Below are positions 8,988 through 18,991 of a DNA stretch of 64,000 bases, in pieces. The position numbers and the translations under genes were made by a program. Origin of the DNA: Spirochaetia bacterium (lineage in GTDB: Bacteria > Spirochaetota > Spirochaetia > CAKZLE01); contig OY782041.1 of NCBI GenBank assembly GCA_963677595.1, positions 1,856,001 through 1,920,000 of the forward strand. The letters are read 5' to 3'. Under the pieces are notes generated by a model. It was not told the origin of the DNA, made no database searches, and worked only from the letters and a program-made list of their open reading frames with translations. Positions within the stretch are counted from its first letter, which is position 1; the number at the start of each line of letters is the position of its first letter.

Positions 8988-10181
8988 ATGAGAAAGAGAA
9001 TGTTGCTGGCAATGGCAGTGATGCTGCTCGTGACGATGGTGGTGTTCGCGGGAGGATCCCAGGAGAAGGCTGCGGCTCCCGCTGCATCAGTCTTAGGTGA
9101 CGTACCTGCAGGGGTGGAACTCTCAGCAGATGGGCGATACCCGGCAGAGACGGTGAAGCTGGGCTTCGTGAACTACGATTCTACCGCACAGCAGGTACTG
9201 GAACTCAAGACCTATTATGAGTATCTCCAGACTGCCTACAATTTCGAGATCATCTGGTCGGAGTCCCTCAGCAGTGCCGAGGAGGAGTTTGCCTTCATCG
9301 AGTCCTGTGCCGCTGCAGGCTGCAAGGGTGTCATCGGCTACTACAACGAAGGCCGTGCTGAATCGGTGAAGCTTGCCTCTTCCCTCGGTATGTACTACTG
9401 GGGCGGGGCTGAGATCGCTGACATCTATGAACCGGTCAAGAACGATACGATGTATATCGGTGGTTACGATACCGGAAGCAAGGACTACGACTTCGGCGTC
9501 TCCATCACCGAAGCCCTCGTGAAGGCTGGATGTCACAAGATCATCGTCATGAGCGGTGGTAAGGACTACGGCGTCCCCTTCTTCGTCTCCCGGTACAACG
9601 GGATCATGGACGGCATCAAGGCTGCACAGGATAGCGGCTATGATATCGAGATGGTCTATGAAGTACCCGGCTGGCCGGGGACTGAGGAGTTCGCCGCTCA
9701 CCAGGCAGCCGCACTCGATACCGATGCTGACGGACTGGCAGGGACCCTGACTACCCTCATGTGGATCCAGCCCCTCCAGAATGCCGGCAAGTTCGGCCAG
9801 ATCAAGATGTCGAGCATCGAGTCCGTCAATGAGGATATGGTCGGCCTGATGCATGCAGGCGCCTACGTGGGCATCTGCTCAGAGATCTCCGACATGTTCG
9901 GGCTCTCGATCCCGATGATGCTCAATGCCGTGGAAGGCTATGGTGACCTGCAGCGGAATGCTGACGGGACAGCCGGGAAGGTCAAGGCTGCAAGCTGGGC
10001 GATCACCAGTGTCGATGAGCTCGGCTACTACGCTTCTATCGAGAAGAAGGGTGGCACCTGGGTCTTCGATATCGATGATATCAAGTCGGTCCTCGGGGCA
10101 TTCAACCCAGACCTCAACGTGGACTCCATGGGCGAGCTCTATTCGGCAGTCACTGCTTCAGAGATCCAGGCCCGACGTTAA
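8988..10181 (+). CDS. Sugar ABC transporter substrate-binding protein
   Basis: AAGGAGG RBS; signal peptide ending VFAGGSQE; lies between two permeases. Confidence 0.8.
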   Translation: MRKRMLLAMAVMLLVTMVVFAGGSQEKAAAPAASVLGDVPAGVELSADGRYPAETVKLGFVNYDSTAQQVLELKTYYEYLQTAYNFEIIWSESLSSAEEEFAFIESCAAAGCKGVIGYYNEGRAESVKLASSLGMYYWGGAEIADIYEPVKNDTMYIGGYDTGSKDYDFGVSITEALVKAGCHKIIVMSGGKDYGVPFFVSRYNGIMDGIKAAQDSGYDIEMVYEVPGWPGTEEFAAHQAAALDTDADGLAGTLTTLMWIQPLQNAGKFGQIKMSSIESVNEDMVGLMHAGAYVGICSEISDMFGLSIPMMLNAVEGYGDLQRNADGTAGKVKAASWAITSVDELGYYASIEKKGGTWVFDIDDIKSVLGAFNPDLNVDSMGELYSAVTASEIQARR

Positions 10182-10192
10182 TCAAGAATATG

Positions 10193-10221
10193 CCCCGGCT
10201 GGGTATAGTACCCAGCCGGGG
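10193..10221 (+). terminator. Intercistronic stem-loop after the binding-protein gene
   Basis: Perfect 13-bp stem CCCCGGCTGGGTA-TAG-TACCCAGCCGGGG with no U-tract, so more likely mRNA-stabilising. Confidence 0.7.
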
Positions 10222-10232
10222 GACAACAGAGG

Positions 10233-11237
10233 ATGAGTATGGTTTCCAAGAATAGAATCGTCAAGAATATCGGTATGTCCCTCACACCCCCGGTCCTGGT
10301 GTTCCTCCTGCTGCTGGTCCTGACCAGCCTCTTCGGGAAGGGCGGGTTCGGGCGGGGATCAGACCTGCTGACCATCATCTACAATATGGCATTCTCAGGC
10401 TTCATTGCCCTGGCGATGTCCTACAACCTCACGTCGGGACGACTCGATTTCTCCATCGGTTCCGTGCTGATCCTCTCCCTCATCGCCGGCGGCTCGATCG
10501 CGAAGCAGGTACAGGCCGGGCCCGTAGGGCTCGTCCTCCTCGTGGTAGGATTCGGGCTGCTGCTCGGGCTGTTCTCCGGGTTCATGTACATCACCCTGAG
10601 GCTGCCGGCGATGGTGACCTCCCTAGGTGTCACCATGGTCTATGAGGCGATCGCCTTCATCATCAATGACGGTAACGGGATCAGGCTGATCGGCCGGTTC
10701 GACATGCTCATCTGGGCACGCCCTCCCTTCAACCTGCTGCTGCTTGCCGTCATCCTGGCGATCCTGGTCTACCTGCTGAACTTCACCAAGTTCGGCTATG
10801 ATGCAGGAGCCCTGGAGACCGGGCAGAAGAACGCAGTCGACGTCGGCATCAATGAGAATACCAATGCGCTCATCTCTTATACCATCGCTGGTGGGTTGAT
10901 GGGGGCTGCCGGGGTGCTATACCTCTCCCAGTACGGGTATATCGCACCGCAGTCGGGACTCTCGAGCGCATCCTTCATGATGGGCGCCTTCCTTCCTGTC
11001 TTCATAGGCGGTGCCCTTGCTCATTACTCTGACCGGAACATCGGGGTGGTGATCGGCGCCTTCATCCAGGCATCGGTCTCCTCTGCCATCGTGAACCTGG
11101 GGATCTCGAGTTCCATGAAGACCGTCATCGACGGGCTGATCGTCCTCGTGTTCCTCGTCTACCTCTTCAACAAGCACAAGTTTGAGCTGAACAGGCTCTA
11201 CCGGCAGAAGAAGGCCCGGGCCCTGGGTCAGTCATGA
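10233..11237 (+). CDS. Sugar ABC transporter permease
   Basis: GRLDFSIGS motif; multi-TM; paralog of the 7977 gene. Confidence 0.9.
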   Translation: MSMVSKNRIVKNIGMSLTPPVLVFLLLLVLTSLFGKGGFGRGSDLLTIIYNMAFSGFIALAMSYNLTSGRLDFSIGSVLILSLIAGGSIAKQVQAGPVGLVLLVVGFGLLLGLFSGFMYITLRLPAMVTSLGVTMVYEAIAFIINDGNGIRLIGRFDMLIWARPPFNLLLLAVILAILVYLLNFTKFGYDAGALETGQKNAVDVGINENTNALISYTIAGGLMGAAGVLYLSQYGYIAPQSGLSSASFMMGAFLPVFIGGALAHYSDRNIGVVIGAFIQASVSSAIVNLGISSSMKTVIDGLIVLVFLVYLFNKHKFELNRLYRQKKARALGQS

Positions 11238-13879
11238 CGATCACGGTCAACGGTCAGTCTGGGCATTGTTACACCGATGATGCCCGGCCGGTCCTCCTTC
11301 TCTCGAAACCAGGCCAGGTGCATGCGGACTGTCTCACCGTAGAGGTCCATGATGCGGAAGGCCAGTGTATCTGGGAGAGCGGCAGGATCCCCTTCAGCCC
11401 GCAGGTGCCCCTGACAGGGATCCTGCTTAAGCCTAAGACGGCCTATACGATCACCGCAGGTCTCTATACCGGCAAAGAGCTCAGTGATTCTGCGGCTCTC
11501 ACCCTCGAGACCGGCTTTCTGGGGACTGCATGGGAAGCTGGGTGGATCGAGCCGCAGCAGGATCCAGGGATCAGGGAGGAGGAGATCCCCTTTCATGAAC
11601 TCTTCCGGCCGAACCCCGCGTTCTTCGGCGGGCAGGGGAGGCTCAGGCCCTGCCGGGAGATCAGGAAGACCTTCAGCCTCGCTGAGGTGCCGGCCTCTTC
11701 CAGGCTGTATGTGTCGGCCCACGGGATCTATTCCCTGATCGTGAACGGGAAGACAGTCTCTGACAGACAGTTCGCACCGGAGACCTCCTCCTACCAGGAG
11801 CGGCTCTACTACCAGGTATACGATCCCAGCGACCTCCTTACACAGGGAGAGAACGAGATATCGTTGACCTTGGCCGACGGCTGGTGGATCGGGAGGATCG
11901 GGATCTCCGGGGACAGCTGCCAGTACGGGGATCACCTCGGCTGCATCATGCAGCTCGATGCTGCCTACCCGTCCGGGACCTCACAGGTGTTGGGGAGCGA
12001 TGCGAGCTTCCAGGGCAGGAGGAGCAGGATCGACTATGCCGACCTCTTCATCGGGCAGGGGACTGACTTCGCCCGGGAGGAGGAGCCCTGGTCTCCCTGC
12101 ACAGCTGTCGATTACCCCACAACCAACCTCATCGCCCAGCCAATAGCGCCGGTGGTCGAGTATGACCGGCTGCCGGCTGAGTTGATACTCAACGCAGCAG
12201 GTGAGCTCATCGCCGATTTCGGCAGGGTCATCGCCGGCGTCGCCGATATCTCGGTCACCTGTGAACCGGGACGGGAAGTCACCCTCGACTTCTGCGAGGT
12301 GCTCGATGAGCAGGGGAATTACTTACGGAACATCCTCGGGCGAAACAAGGACCAGCGGGATACGTTCACCTGCGGGGAAGGTACGACACAGTTCTCCCCG
12401 GAATTCACCTATCACGGGTTTCGCTATATGAGGATCTCCGGGGTGAAGCCCGAAGAGATCACAAACCTCTCCGCACGAGCTTTCGGGACCGACCTCACAT
12501 CGCGGGGGATGTTTCACTGCTCGGATGAACGGCTGAACCGGCTCCAGGAGAACATACGCAGCAGCATGAGGGCGAACTTCTTCTCCGTCCCGACCGACTG
12601 CCCCCAGCGGGAGAAGGCCGGTTGGACCGGCGATGTCGCGGCATTCGCCTCAACCGGCTGCTTCAACTACCATATCGACGGCTTCCTGCGGGGATGGCTC
12701 GAGAACATGAAGGTCGAGCAGCTTGAGGACGGCGGGATCCCGGTCGTGATCCCCAACTACCCCATGCAGGAGAAGCACCAGAAGGGCAATGGGGGAAGCA
12801 CCTCCTCTGCCTGGAGCGATGCCTGTGTACTCGTCCCCTGGGAGCTCTACCGGCAGTACGGGGACCTCGAAATACTTGCCAGTACCCTGCCGATGATGGA
12901 TCGGTGGGTCGAGTACTCGATACGGCAGTGCTCTGAGAGACCTGAGGACTTCGCAGGGCGCCCCCTTGCCGAACAGCACTGGAATGGGTTCCTCATGAAT
13001 ACCGGGTTCCATTTCGGGGACTGGTTCATCCCAAGTTTCCAGAGAACGGGGAAGAACCCCTTCGAGGCCTCCGCAGCCACGAAGGATGTGACGGCGAGCT
13101 GCTACCATGCCATCGTGCTTGCACGGTATGCGGAGATCCTCAGGTTACTCAATGCGGATGACCCAAGGATCAAGTCAGTAGAAGACCGCCTCGAGCAGGT
13201 GAGGGAAGCTGTCCTGGCGTGTTATGTCGCCCAGGACGGAAAGGTGACCGGTGACCTGCAGGGACTCTACGTGGTCCTGCTGCATGCCGGGATCGTTCAT
13301 GGTGAGCTGAGGCAGAAGGTGGTAGACAACCTCGTCCGGCTCGTGAGGGAGAACGGGACCCGGCTCGATACCGGGTTCGTCTCGACCCCGCTGCTGCTTG
13401 GGACCCTCGCCGATAACGGAGAGCTCGACCTTGCGTTTGAGCTGCTGTTCCAGACTGAGGCACCTTCCTGGCTCTATATGGTAGAGAAGGGGGCAACCTC
13501 CATCTGGGAGAACTGGGAGGCGATCAGGCCGGACGGGAGCAGGATGGCTTCCTCCTTCAACCATTTCGCCCTCGGGAGCGTCGGGGATTTCCTCTACCGG
13601 TATATCGCGGGGATTCAGATCGAGGAAGCAGGGTACCGGAAGATACTTTTCTCCCCGATCATCGACTGCGGGCTCTCCTCTGCCGAGGCAGGACTCGAGA
13701 CAGCCTACGGCTATGTCTCCTGCTCCTGGCGGTGGGAAGGGGATACCTGCAGCGTAGCTGTTACCGTGCCGCAGGACTGCGGGGGGACCCTCCGCCTGTT
13801 CGGTCGGGATGAGCCCATCCCGAGCGGTACGCATCTCTACCGGTTCTCCCGTGACGGGATCAACCTCCTGAAAGAGTAG
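11234..13879 (+). CDS. GH78 alpha-L-rhamnosidase family protein
   Basis: FTYHGFRY, PTDCPQREKAGWTGD, HFGDW, GATSIWENW, SFNHFALG. Confidence 0.9.
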   Translation: MTITVNGQSGHCYTDDARPVLLLSKPGQVHADCLTVEVHDAEGQCIWESGRIPFSPQVPLTGILLKPKTAYTITAGLYTGKELSDSAALTLETGFLGTAWEAGWIEPQQDPGIREEEIPFHELFRPNPAFFGGQGRLRPCREIRKTFSLAEVPASSRLYVSAHGIYSLIVNGKTVSDRQFAPETSSYQERLYYQVYDPSDLLTQGENEISLTLADGWWIGRIGISGDSCQYGDHLGCIMQLDAAYPSGTSQVLGSDASFQGRRSRIDYADLFIGQGTDFAREEEPWSPCTAVDYPTTNLIAQPIAPVVEYDRLPAELILNAAGELIADFGRVIAGVADISVTCEPGREVTLDFCEVLDEQGNYLRNILGRNKDQRDTFTCGEGTTQFSPEFTYHGFRYMRISGVKPEEITNLSARAFGTDLTSRGMFHCSDERLNRLQENIRSSMRANFFSVPTDCPQREKAGWTGDVAAFASTGCFNYHIDGFLRGWLENMKVEQLEDGGIPVVIPNYPMQEKHQKGNGGSTSSAWSDACVLVPWELYRQYGDLEILASTLPMMDRWVEYSIRQCSERPEDFAGRPLAEQHWNGFLMNTGFHFGDWFIPSFQRTGKNPFEASAATKDVTASCYHAIVLARYAEILRLLNADDPRIKSVEDRLEQVREAVLACYVAQDGKVTGDLQGLYVVLLHAGIVHGELRQKVVDNLVRLVRENGTRLDTGFVSTPLLLGTLADNGELDLAFELLFQTEAPSWLYMVEKGATSIWENWEAIRPDGSRMASSFNHFALGSVGDFLYRYIAGIQIEEAGYRKILFSPIIDCGLSSAEAGLETAYGYVSCSWRWEGDTCSVAVTVPQDCGGTLRLFGRDEPIPSGTHLYRFSRDGINLLKE

Positions 13880-13886
13880 GAAGCAT

Positions 13887-16727
13887 ATGGACGAGAAGAA
13901 GAACAGGACTACTGTCTCACGATTCACCGCAGGGACAGGTATGGACATACTGCCTGAACCAGAGCCGGCCCTCTCCTGGCTGGTCTCAACAGACGAGCCT
14001 GACTGGCAGCAGGATGGCTATGAGATCATCCTGCTCACGCCCGACGGAGAGAGACTTGAGACGACTGGGGAAGTCGTCTCATCTGAGTCGATTGGTATCG
14101 CCTGGCCGTTCTCGAGGTTGAATTCACGTGATCAGTTCACCCTACAGGTACGTGTTCTTGGAAATGACCAGCTCTGGAGCGACTGGAGTGAACCACTTGA
14201 CATCGAGGCATCGCTGCTGGATCCTGCAGACTGGCAAGCCCAATGCATAACCCCCTCAACTGAATCAGACCCTGAGTATACAGGACCCTCTCCTTACCTG
14301 CGACGGGATTTCACCCTGTCAGCAGGCATAGCATCCGCTCGGCTCTATATAACCGGGATGGGATTATACCAGGCATCGATCAACGGGAGACCCGTCGGCG
14401 ATGCATGCTTCACCCCCGGGTGGACCTCCTATGACGAACGGCTGCTCTTCCAGGCATATGATGTCACCGAACTCTTGGAACAGGGAGGGAACACCATCGG
14501 TGCCGTCCTTGGTGAGGGCTGGTACCGCGGCAGGCTTGGGTTCGACGGGGGGAAGCGGAATATCTGGGGAGACAGGACAGGTCTCCTGGCACAGCTCGAG
14601 ATCCGCTATGCTGATGGAAGGATTGAGACGATCTGTACGGACTCAGGCTGGAAGGCATCGACCGGCCCGATCTTGAGTAGCAGCATCTATGACGGGGAAC
14701 GCTATGATGCGCGTCTTGAACAGGAAGGCTGGGACTCACCGGGATTCGATGATACGGCATGGGATGATGTCAAAGAATTGCCCTACAGGAGGGAGATCCT
14801 TGAACCTTCCCGTAAGCCTCCGGTACGCAAGGTCGAGGAAGTGAAGCCGGTCTCCCTCGTTCATTCGCCTTCAGGAAAACAGCTGGTCGATTTCGGGCAG
14901 AACCTTGTAGGAAGAGTACGGATCACCGTGGCTGGGGAAGCCGGCCATACTGTCACGCTTCGCCATGCCGAGGTCCTCGAGGATGGGGAGCTTGGCGTAC
15001 GCCCACTGAGACGTGCAGAGGCGACCGACACCTATACCCTGAACGGGGAAGGTACGGCCACCTGGGAACCGCTCTTCACCTTCCACGGGTTCCGGTATGT
15101 CGAGGTAACGAACTGGCCTGGTACCCTGACAGTCGATGACCTTACCGCGATAGTCCTCCACTCTGATATGGAGCGGATCGGCTGGTTCTCCTGCTCGGAT
15201 GAACAGCTGAACAGGCTGCATGAGAACGTGGTATGGAGCATGAAGGGGAACTTCCTCGAGGTGCCGACCGACTGCCCGCAGCGGGATGAACGGCTCGGCT
15301 GGACGGGGGACCTCCAGGTCTTCGCCCCGACCGCCTCCTTCCTCTACGATACCAGGGGCTTCCTCTCTTCCTGGCTGAAGGACCTTGCCTTCGAGCAGGA
15401 TAAGGGTGAGGGCGCAGTCCCGCCCGTGGTCCCGAATGCCCTGGGTGACAGGTTCGGGGTAGCAGCCTGGGGAGATGCGGCGACGGTGGTCCCCTCAGTG
15501 CTGTATGAGCGGTATGGCGAGAAAGCGATCCTGGAAGCGCAGTTCGAGAGTATGAGGAGCTGGGTCGATTACATCGAACGATCGGCAGGCGATGCATACC
15601 TCTGGGATTCAGGGTTCCAGTTCGGCGACTGGCTCGACCCGACTGCACCGCCAGACCAGCCCTGGCTGGCTAAGACGGCGAAGGAGATCGTTGCCACAGC
15701 CTACTTCGCACGTTCTGCCGAATTGACGGCAGAGGCTGCCGGGCTGCTGGGCAGGACGGAAGAGGAAGCGCGGTATCGCGGGGTCGCAGCCAGGAGCAGG
15801 AAGGCATTCCAGGATGAGTATATCACCCCATCAGGGAGGATGCTCTCCGATGCCCAGACAGCCTATTCCCTGGCGATAGCCTTCGACCTGCTTGAGACTG
15901 ATGAACAGCGAATACATGCCGGTAAACGCTTGTCAGACCTTGTTCGTGACGGCGGGTACCGGATACAGACCGGGTTTGTGGGTACTCCCATCATCTGTGA
16001 CGCGCTCTGCAGGACAGGCCATCATGCTACAGCCTACAAGCTCCTGAAGCAGGAGGAGACCCCCTCCTGGCTCTACCCGGTCACCATGGGTGCCACGACA
16101 GTCTGGGAGCGTTGGGACTCGATGCTGCCTGACGGGTCGATCAACCCGGGGGAGATGACCTCCTTCAACCACTACGCACTTGGTGCCGTTGCTGACTGGA
16201 TGCACCGGACTATCGGCGGGTTGGCTCCCGCTGCCCCTGGTTATAAGAAGCTGCGGATAGCCCCGAGACCGGGGGGAGGCATTACCTCTGCACGGACAGA
16301 GCATCACTCCCCATACGGGAGGATCCTGGTGCAGTGGCAGATCGAGGATGGGACCTTCCACCTGGAAGTCGAGATCCCCCCGAACACGGAAGCGGAAGTG
16401 ACCTTGCCGGATGATACCACAGTCCAGGTAGGGTCCGGTCACCGGGAGTGGCGTGTTCCCTATACCGATCCCGATGCACGCGGGCCGTATACCGCCGATG
16501 ACCTCATCGGTGAGATCCTCGTTGATAAGAAGGCAAAGGAGATCCTCTTCCGGGTATTGGGTGAACTGGGGGCTCCCCCCTTCATCTATGCGGTTATGGA
16601 GAACGAACGGGGTAACACCTTGCGTGAACTGGTGAAGATGGTCCCGGAGTCTGGGAAAGCAGTCATGCTGCTGGAGGCAGGTTTTGGGGAAGCACATACT
16701 GCCGATGATGGTACACATACTAACTGA
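13887..16727 (+). CDS. GH78 alpha-L-rhamnosidase
   Basis: DFGQNLVG, FTFHGFRY, PTDCPQRDERLGWTGD, QFGDWLDP, GATTVWERW, SFNHYALG. Confidence 0.93.
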   Translation: MDEKKNRTTVSRFTAGTGMDILPEPEPALSWLVSTDEPDWQQDGYEIILLTPDGERLETTGEVVSSESIGIAWPFSRLNSRDQFTLQVRVLGNDQLWSDWSEPLDIEASLLDPADWQAQCITPSTESDPEYTGPSPYLRRDFTLSAGIASARLYITGMGLYQASINGRPVGDACFTPGWTSYDERLLFQAYDVTELLEQGGNTIGAVLGEGWYRGRLGFDGGKRNIWGDRTGLLAQLEIRYADGRIETICTDSGWKASTGPILSSSIYDGERYDARLEQEGWDSPGFDDTAWDDVKELPYRREILEPSRKPPVRKVEEVKPVSLVHSPSGKQLVDFGQNLVGRVRITVAGEAGHTVTLRHAEVLEDGELGVRPLRRAEATDTYTLNGEGTATWEPLFTFHGFRYVEVTNWPGTLTVDDLTAIVLHSDMERIGWFSCSDEQLNRLHENVVWSMKGNFLEVPTDCPQRDERLGWTGDLQVFAPTASFLYDTRGFLSSWLKDLAFEQDKGEGAVPPVVPNALGDRFGVAAWGDAATVVPSVLYERYGEKAILEAQFESMRSWVDYIERSAGDAYLWDSGFQFGDWLDPTAPPDQPWLAKTAKEIVATAYFARSAELTAEAAGLLGRTEEEARYRGVAARSRKAFQDEYITPSGRMLSDAQTAYSLAIAFDLLETDEQRIHAGKRLSDLVRDGGYRIQTGFVGTPIICDALCRTGHHATAYKLLKQEETPSWLYPVTMGATTVWERWDSMLPDGSINPGEMTSFNHYALGAVADWMHRTIGGLAPAAPGYKKLRIAPRPGGGITSARTEHHSPYGRILVQWQIEDGTFHLEVEIPPNTEAEVTLPDDTTVQVGSGHREWRVPYTDPDARGPYTADDLIGEILVDKKAKEILFRVLGELGAPPFIYAVMENERGNTLRELVKMVPESGKAVMLLEAGFGEAHTADDGTHTN

Positions 16728-16735
16728 GAAGGACG

Positions 16736-17974
16736 ATGATGATGAGAGAATTCATATTTCCAGACAACTTCCTCTGGGGGACCGCTACTGCGGCACACCA
16801 GGTAGAGGGAGGGAACTCCAACTGCGAGAGCTGGGCCCTGGAGACCCTGCCCGAGACGATCTACCAGGAGCCCTCAGGGATCGCCTGCGACCACTTCAAC
16901 CGCTACCCGGACGATATAGCGCTGCTGGCTGGGTTGGGGTTCAACTCCTACCGGTTCTCCCTCGAGTGGTCGAGGATCGAGCCGACCGAAGGAGAGTTCT
17001 CCATCGAGGGGCTGGAACATTACCGCAGGATGATCAGCACCTGCCGTGACCATGGGATCACCCCCCTGGTGACCCTCCACCATTTCACCACCCCGCAGTG
17101 GATGATCAGGAAGGGAGGCTGGCTCAGTGAGGGGGTCATCGACCGGTTCGCGCGCTACACCGAGGAGGTCTCGGCCTATATGGGGGACCTCTTTTCCGGG
17201 GTCTGCACCTTCAACGAACCGAACATCGCGAGGATCCTGAAATACATCCTCCCATTCTCACCGAAGGATACCCCGTTCTGGAAACAGGCTTCCCGTCACT
17301 TCGGGCAGAAGCCCGAAGAGCTGGGGCTCTGGCAGTTCGTGGCGGATGAGAGGATGTGGGACATCATCCATACTGCACACCTCAAGGCCCGGGATATCCT
17401 CAAAGCAGGACCGGGGGAGTTTCCGGTCGGGCTTACCCTCGCCATGACTGATGTACATACCGCCGAGGGCGGGGAAGAGAGGGCACTTTCCTTACGGAAG
17501 GATATATCTGACAGCTACCTCGAACGCTTGACTGACGATGACTTCGTCGGGGTCCAGACCTACTCGCGGTTCGTGGTCGGGCCTGACGGGGTGCTACCAC
17601 CGACTGAGGAGATGGAGACCACCCAGATGGGTGAGGAGTTCTACCCTGAGGCAATAGGCGGCACGATCCAGCTCGCTTCAAAGGTCGCAGGGATCCCGGT
17701 CATCGTCACGGAGAACGGGGTGGCAGGCGAGGATGACAGCCGGCGCGTCGAGTACTACCGGAGGGCAGTGGCCTCCGTTGCCCGATGTATCGACGACGGT
17801 ATCGATGTCCGCGGCTACTACTGCTGGTCGGCTTTCGACAACTTCGAGTGGGTAGGCGGCTATGGCCCGAAGTTCGGGATCATCGGTGTTGACCGGGAGA
17901 CCCTTGCCCGTACCCCGAAGCCGAGTGCCCGTTTCATGGGTGATATTGCCCGGACGAATAGGATCATGCTCTGA
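16736..17974 (+). CDS. GH1 beta-glucosidase family protein
   Basis: FLWGTATAAHQVEG, YRFSLEWSRI, TFNEP (acid/base), VTENG (nucleophile), DNFEW. Confidence 0.93.
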   Translation: MMMREFIFPDNFLWGTATAAHQVEGGNSNCESWALETLPETIYQEPSGIACDHFNRYPDDIALLAGLGFNSYRFSLEWSRIEPTEGEFSIEGLEHYRRMISTCRDHGITPLVTLHHFTTPQWMIRKGGWLSEGVIDRFARYTEEVSAYMGDLFSGVCTFNEPNIARILKYILPFSPKDTPFWKQASRHFGQKPEELGLWQFVADERMWDIIHTAHLKARDILKAGPGEFPVGLTLAMTDVHTAEGGEERALSLRKDISDSYLERLTDDDFVGVQTYSRFVVGPDGVLPPTEEMETTQMGEEFYPEAIGGTIQLASKVAGIPVIVTENGVAGEDDSRRVEYYRRAVASVARCIDDGIDVRGYYCWSAFDNFEWVGGYGPKFGIIGVDRETLARTPKPSARFMGDIARTNRIML

Positions 17975-18031
17975 GAGATGAATTCTCTCTTGAGAACGAT
18001 TTCGTCTGAAAATACACCAGGATGAGTGCTA

Positions 18032-18841
18032 TTATCCGAGATAGCCCTCTCGCAGTGGATTGGTTAGTTCCCTCCACAGCATCTTATCCCCGCTGGGCAT
18101 GAACCCCATCCTGTTTGAGATTTCCTGGGCTGTGTATCGTATCGCTGCGGAGTACAGCTCTCTCTTTACATTCACGATTTCGCTATCATTCCCTGAAATA
18201 CTGCACGAAGCAAAAGGGATCCCGGACTGGTCAAAGATCGGGGCTCCAATGCAGTACGTCCCCCTTACATGTTCTGCTGAGTCAAGAGAGTATCCTCGTT
18301 CCCTTGTTTCATGCAGTTCAGCCATGAGGTTGTCAATAGATGTGATCGTGGTATCACTGTATTCAGGAAGTCCTGATTCGAGCGTGATGTGCCGGACTTC
18401 CTTTTCCGGAAGGAATGCGAGTATGGCTTTCCCCACAGATGTGCAGTGCATCGGCATCCTGTCCCCAACGGCTGAACGGGCCATCAGACGGTGAGGGGAC
18501 TCTATCGCATAGATATATAGACAATAGGCATCATTCTTTATCGTCAGATAGATAGATTCCCCGCAGAACTCTCCCAGTTCCCTGAGAAGAGGAGCAGCCC
18601 GGTCCCTGAGCATGACATTGACCCGTACCGCCTGGGTCATTGGGATGATGGCGGTTCCCAGTGAGTACAGCCCCGCCGTATTTTGCTCCACGAATTCCTT
18701 TGATTCAAGTGTCTTCAGTATGGTATGGATGGTAGTTTTCGGGTAACCAAGCAGTGAACTGACCTCCGCAAGACTCATCTCCGGTCTCTCGGGACTGAAT
18801 AACTCCATGATCTCTATGGCTTTCAATACTGATGTAATCAT
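18032..18841 (-). CDS. IclR family regulator
   Basis: SVLKAI...PKTTIHTIL HTH; G-x-R-x-PMHCTSVGKAILA; CIGAPIF. Confidence 0.93.
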   Translation of the reverse strand: MITSVLKAIEIMELFSPERPEMSLAEVSSLLGYPKTTIHTILKTLESKEFVEQNTAGLYSLGTAIIPMTQAVRVNVMLRDRAAPLLRELGEFCGESIYLTIKNDAYCLYIYAIESPHRLMARSAVGDRMPMHCTSVGKAILAFLPEKEVRHITLESGLPEYSDTTITSIDNLMAELHETRERGYSLDSAEHVRGTYCIGAPIFDQSGIPFASCSISGNDSEIVNVKRELYSAAIRYTAQEISNRMGFMPSGDKMLWRELTNPLREGYLG

Positions 18842-18877
18842 CTTAATATTTCCTTATTTTCGATATTATCACTCTAT

Positions 18878-18972
18878 GTTCTACATTATAAAACGCTAAT
18901 CCATATCTTGACAAGAAGAATGGATATGGTATAATGTCCTAAATAAAAGAATAGCGTTCTATAATATAGAAC
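18878..18972. promoter_or_regulatory. Consensus promoter of the TRAP operon flanked by two putative IclR operators
   Basis: TTGACA-N16-TATAAT with TGn (18908-18935); palindromes GTTCTACATTATAAAAC (18878-18894) and GTTCTATAATATAGAAC (18956-18972). Confidence 0.75.
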
Positions 18973-18991
18973 ACCAAAAAGAGAGGTAGTT

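Noticed and set aside
10193-10221. Hairpins after binding-protein genes (also 20034-20054 and 48294-48322) as a repeat family
   Set aside because: The sequences are unrelated; ordinary intercistronic stabilising stems.
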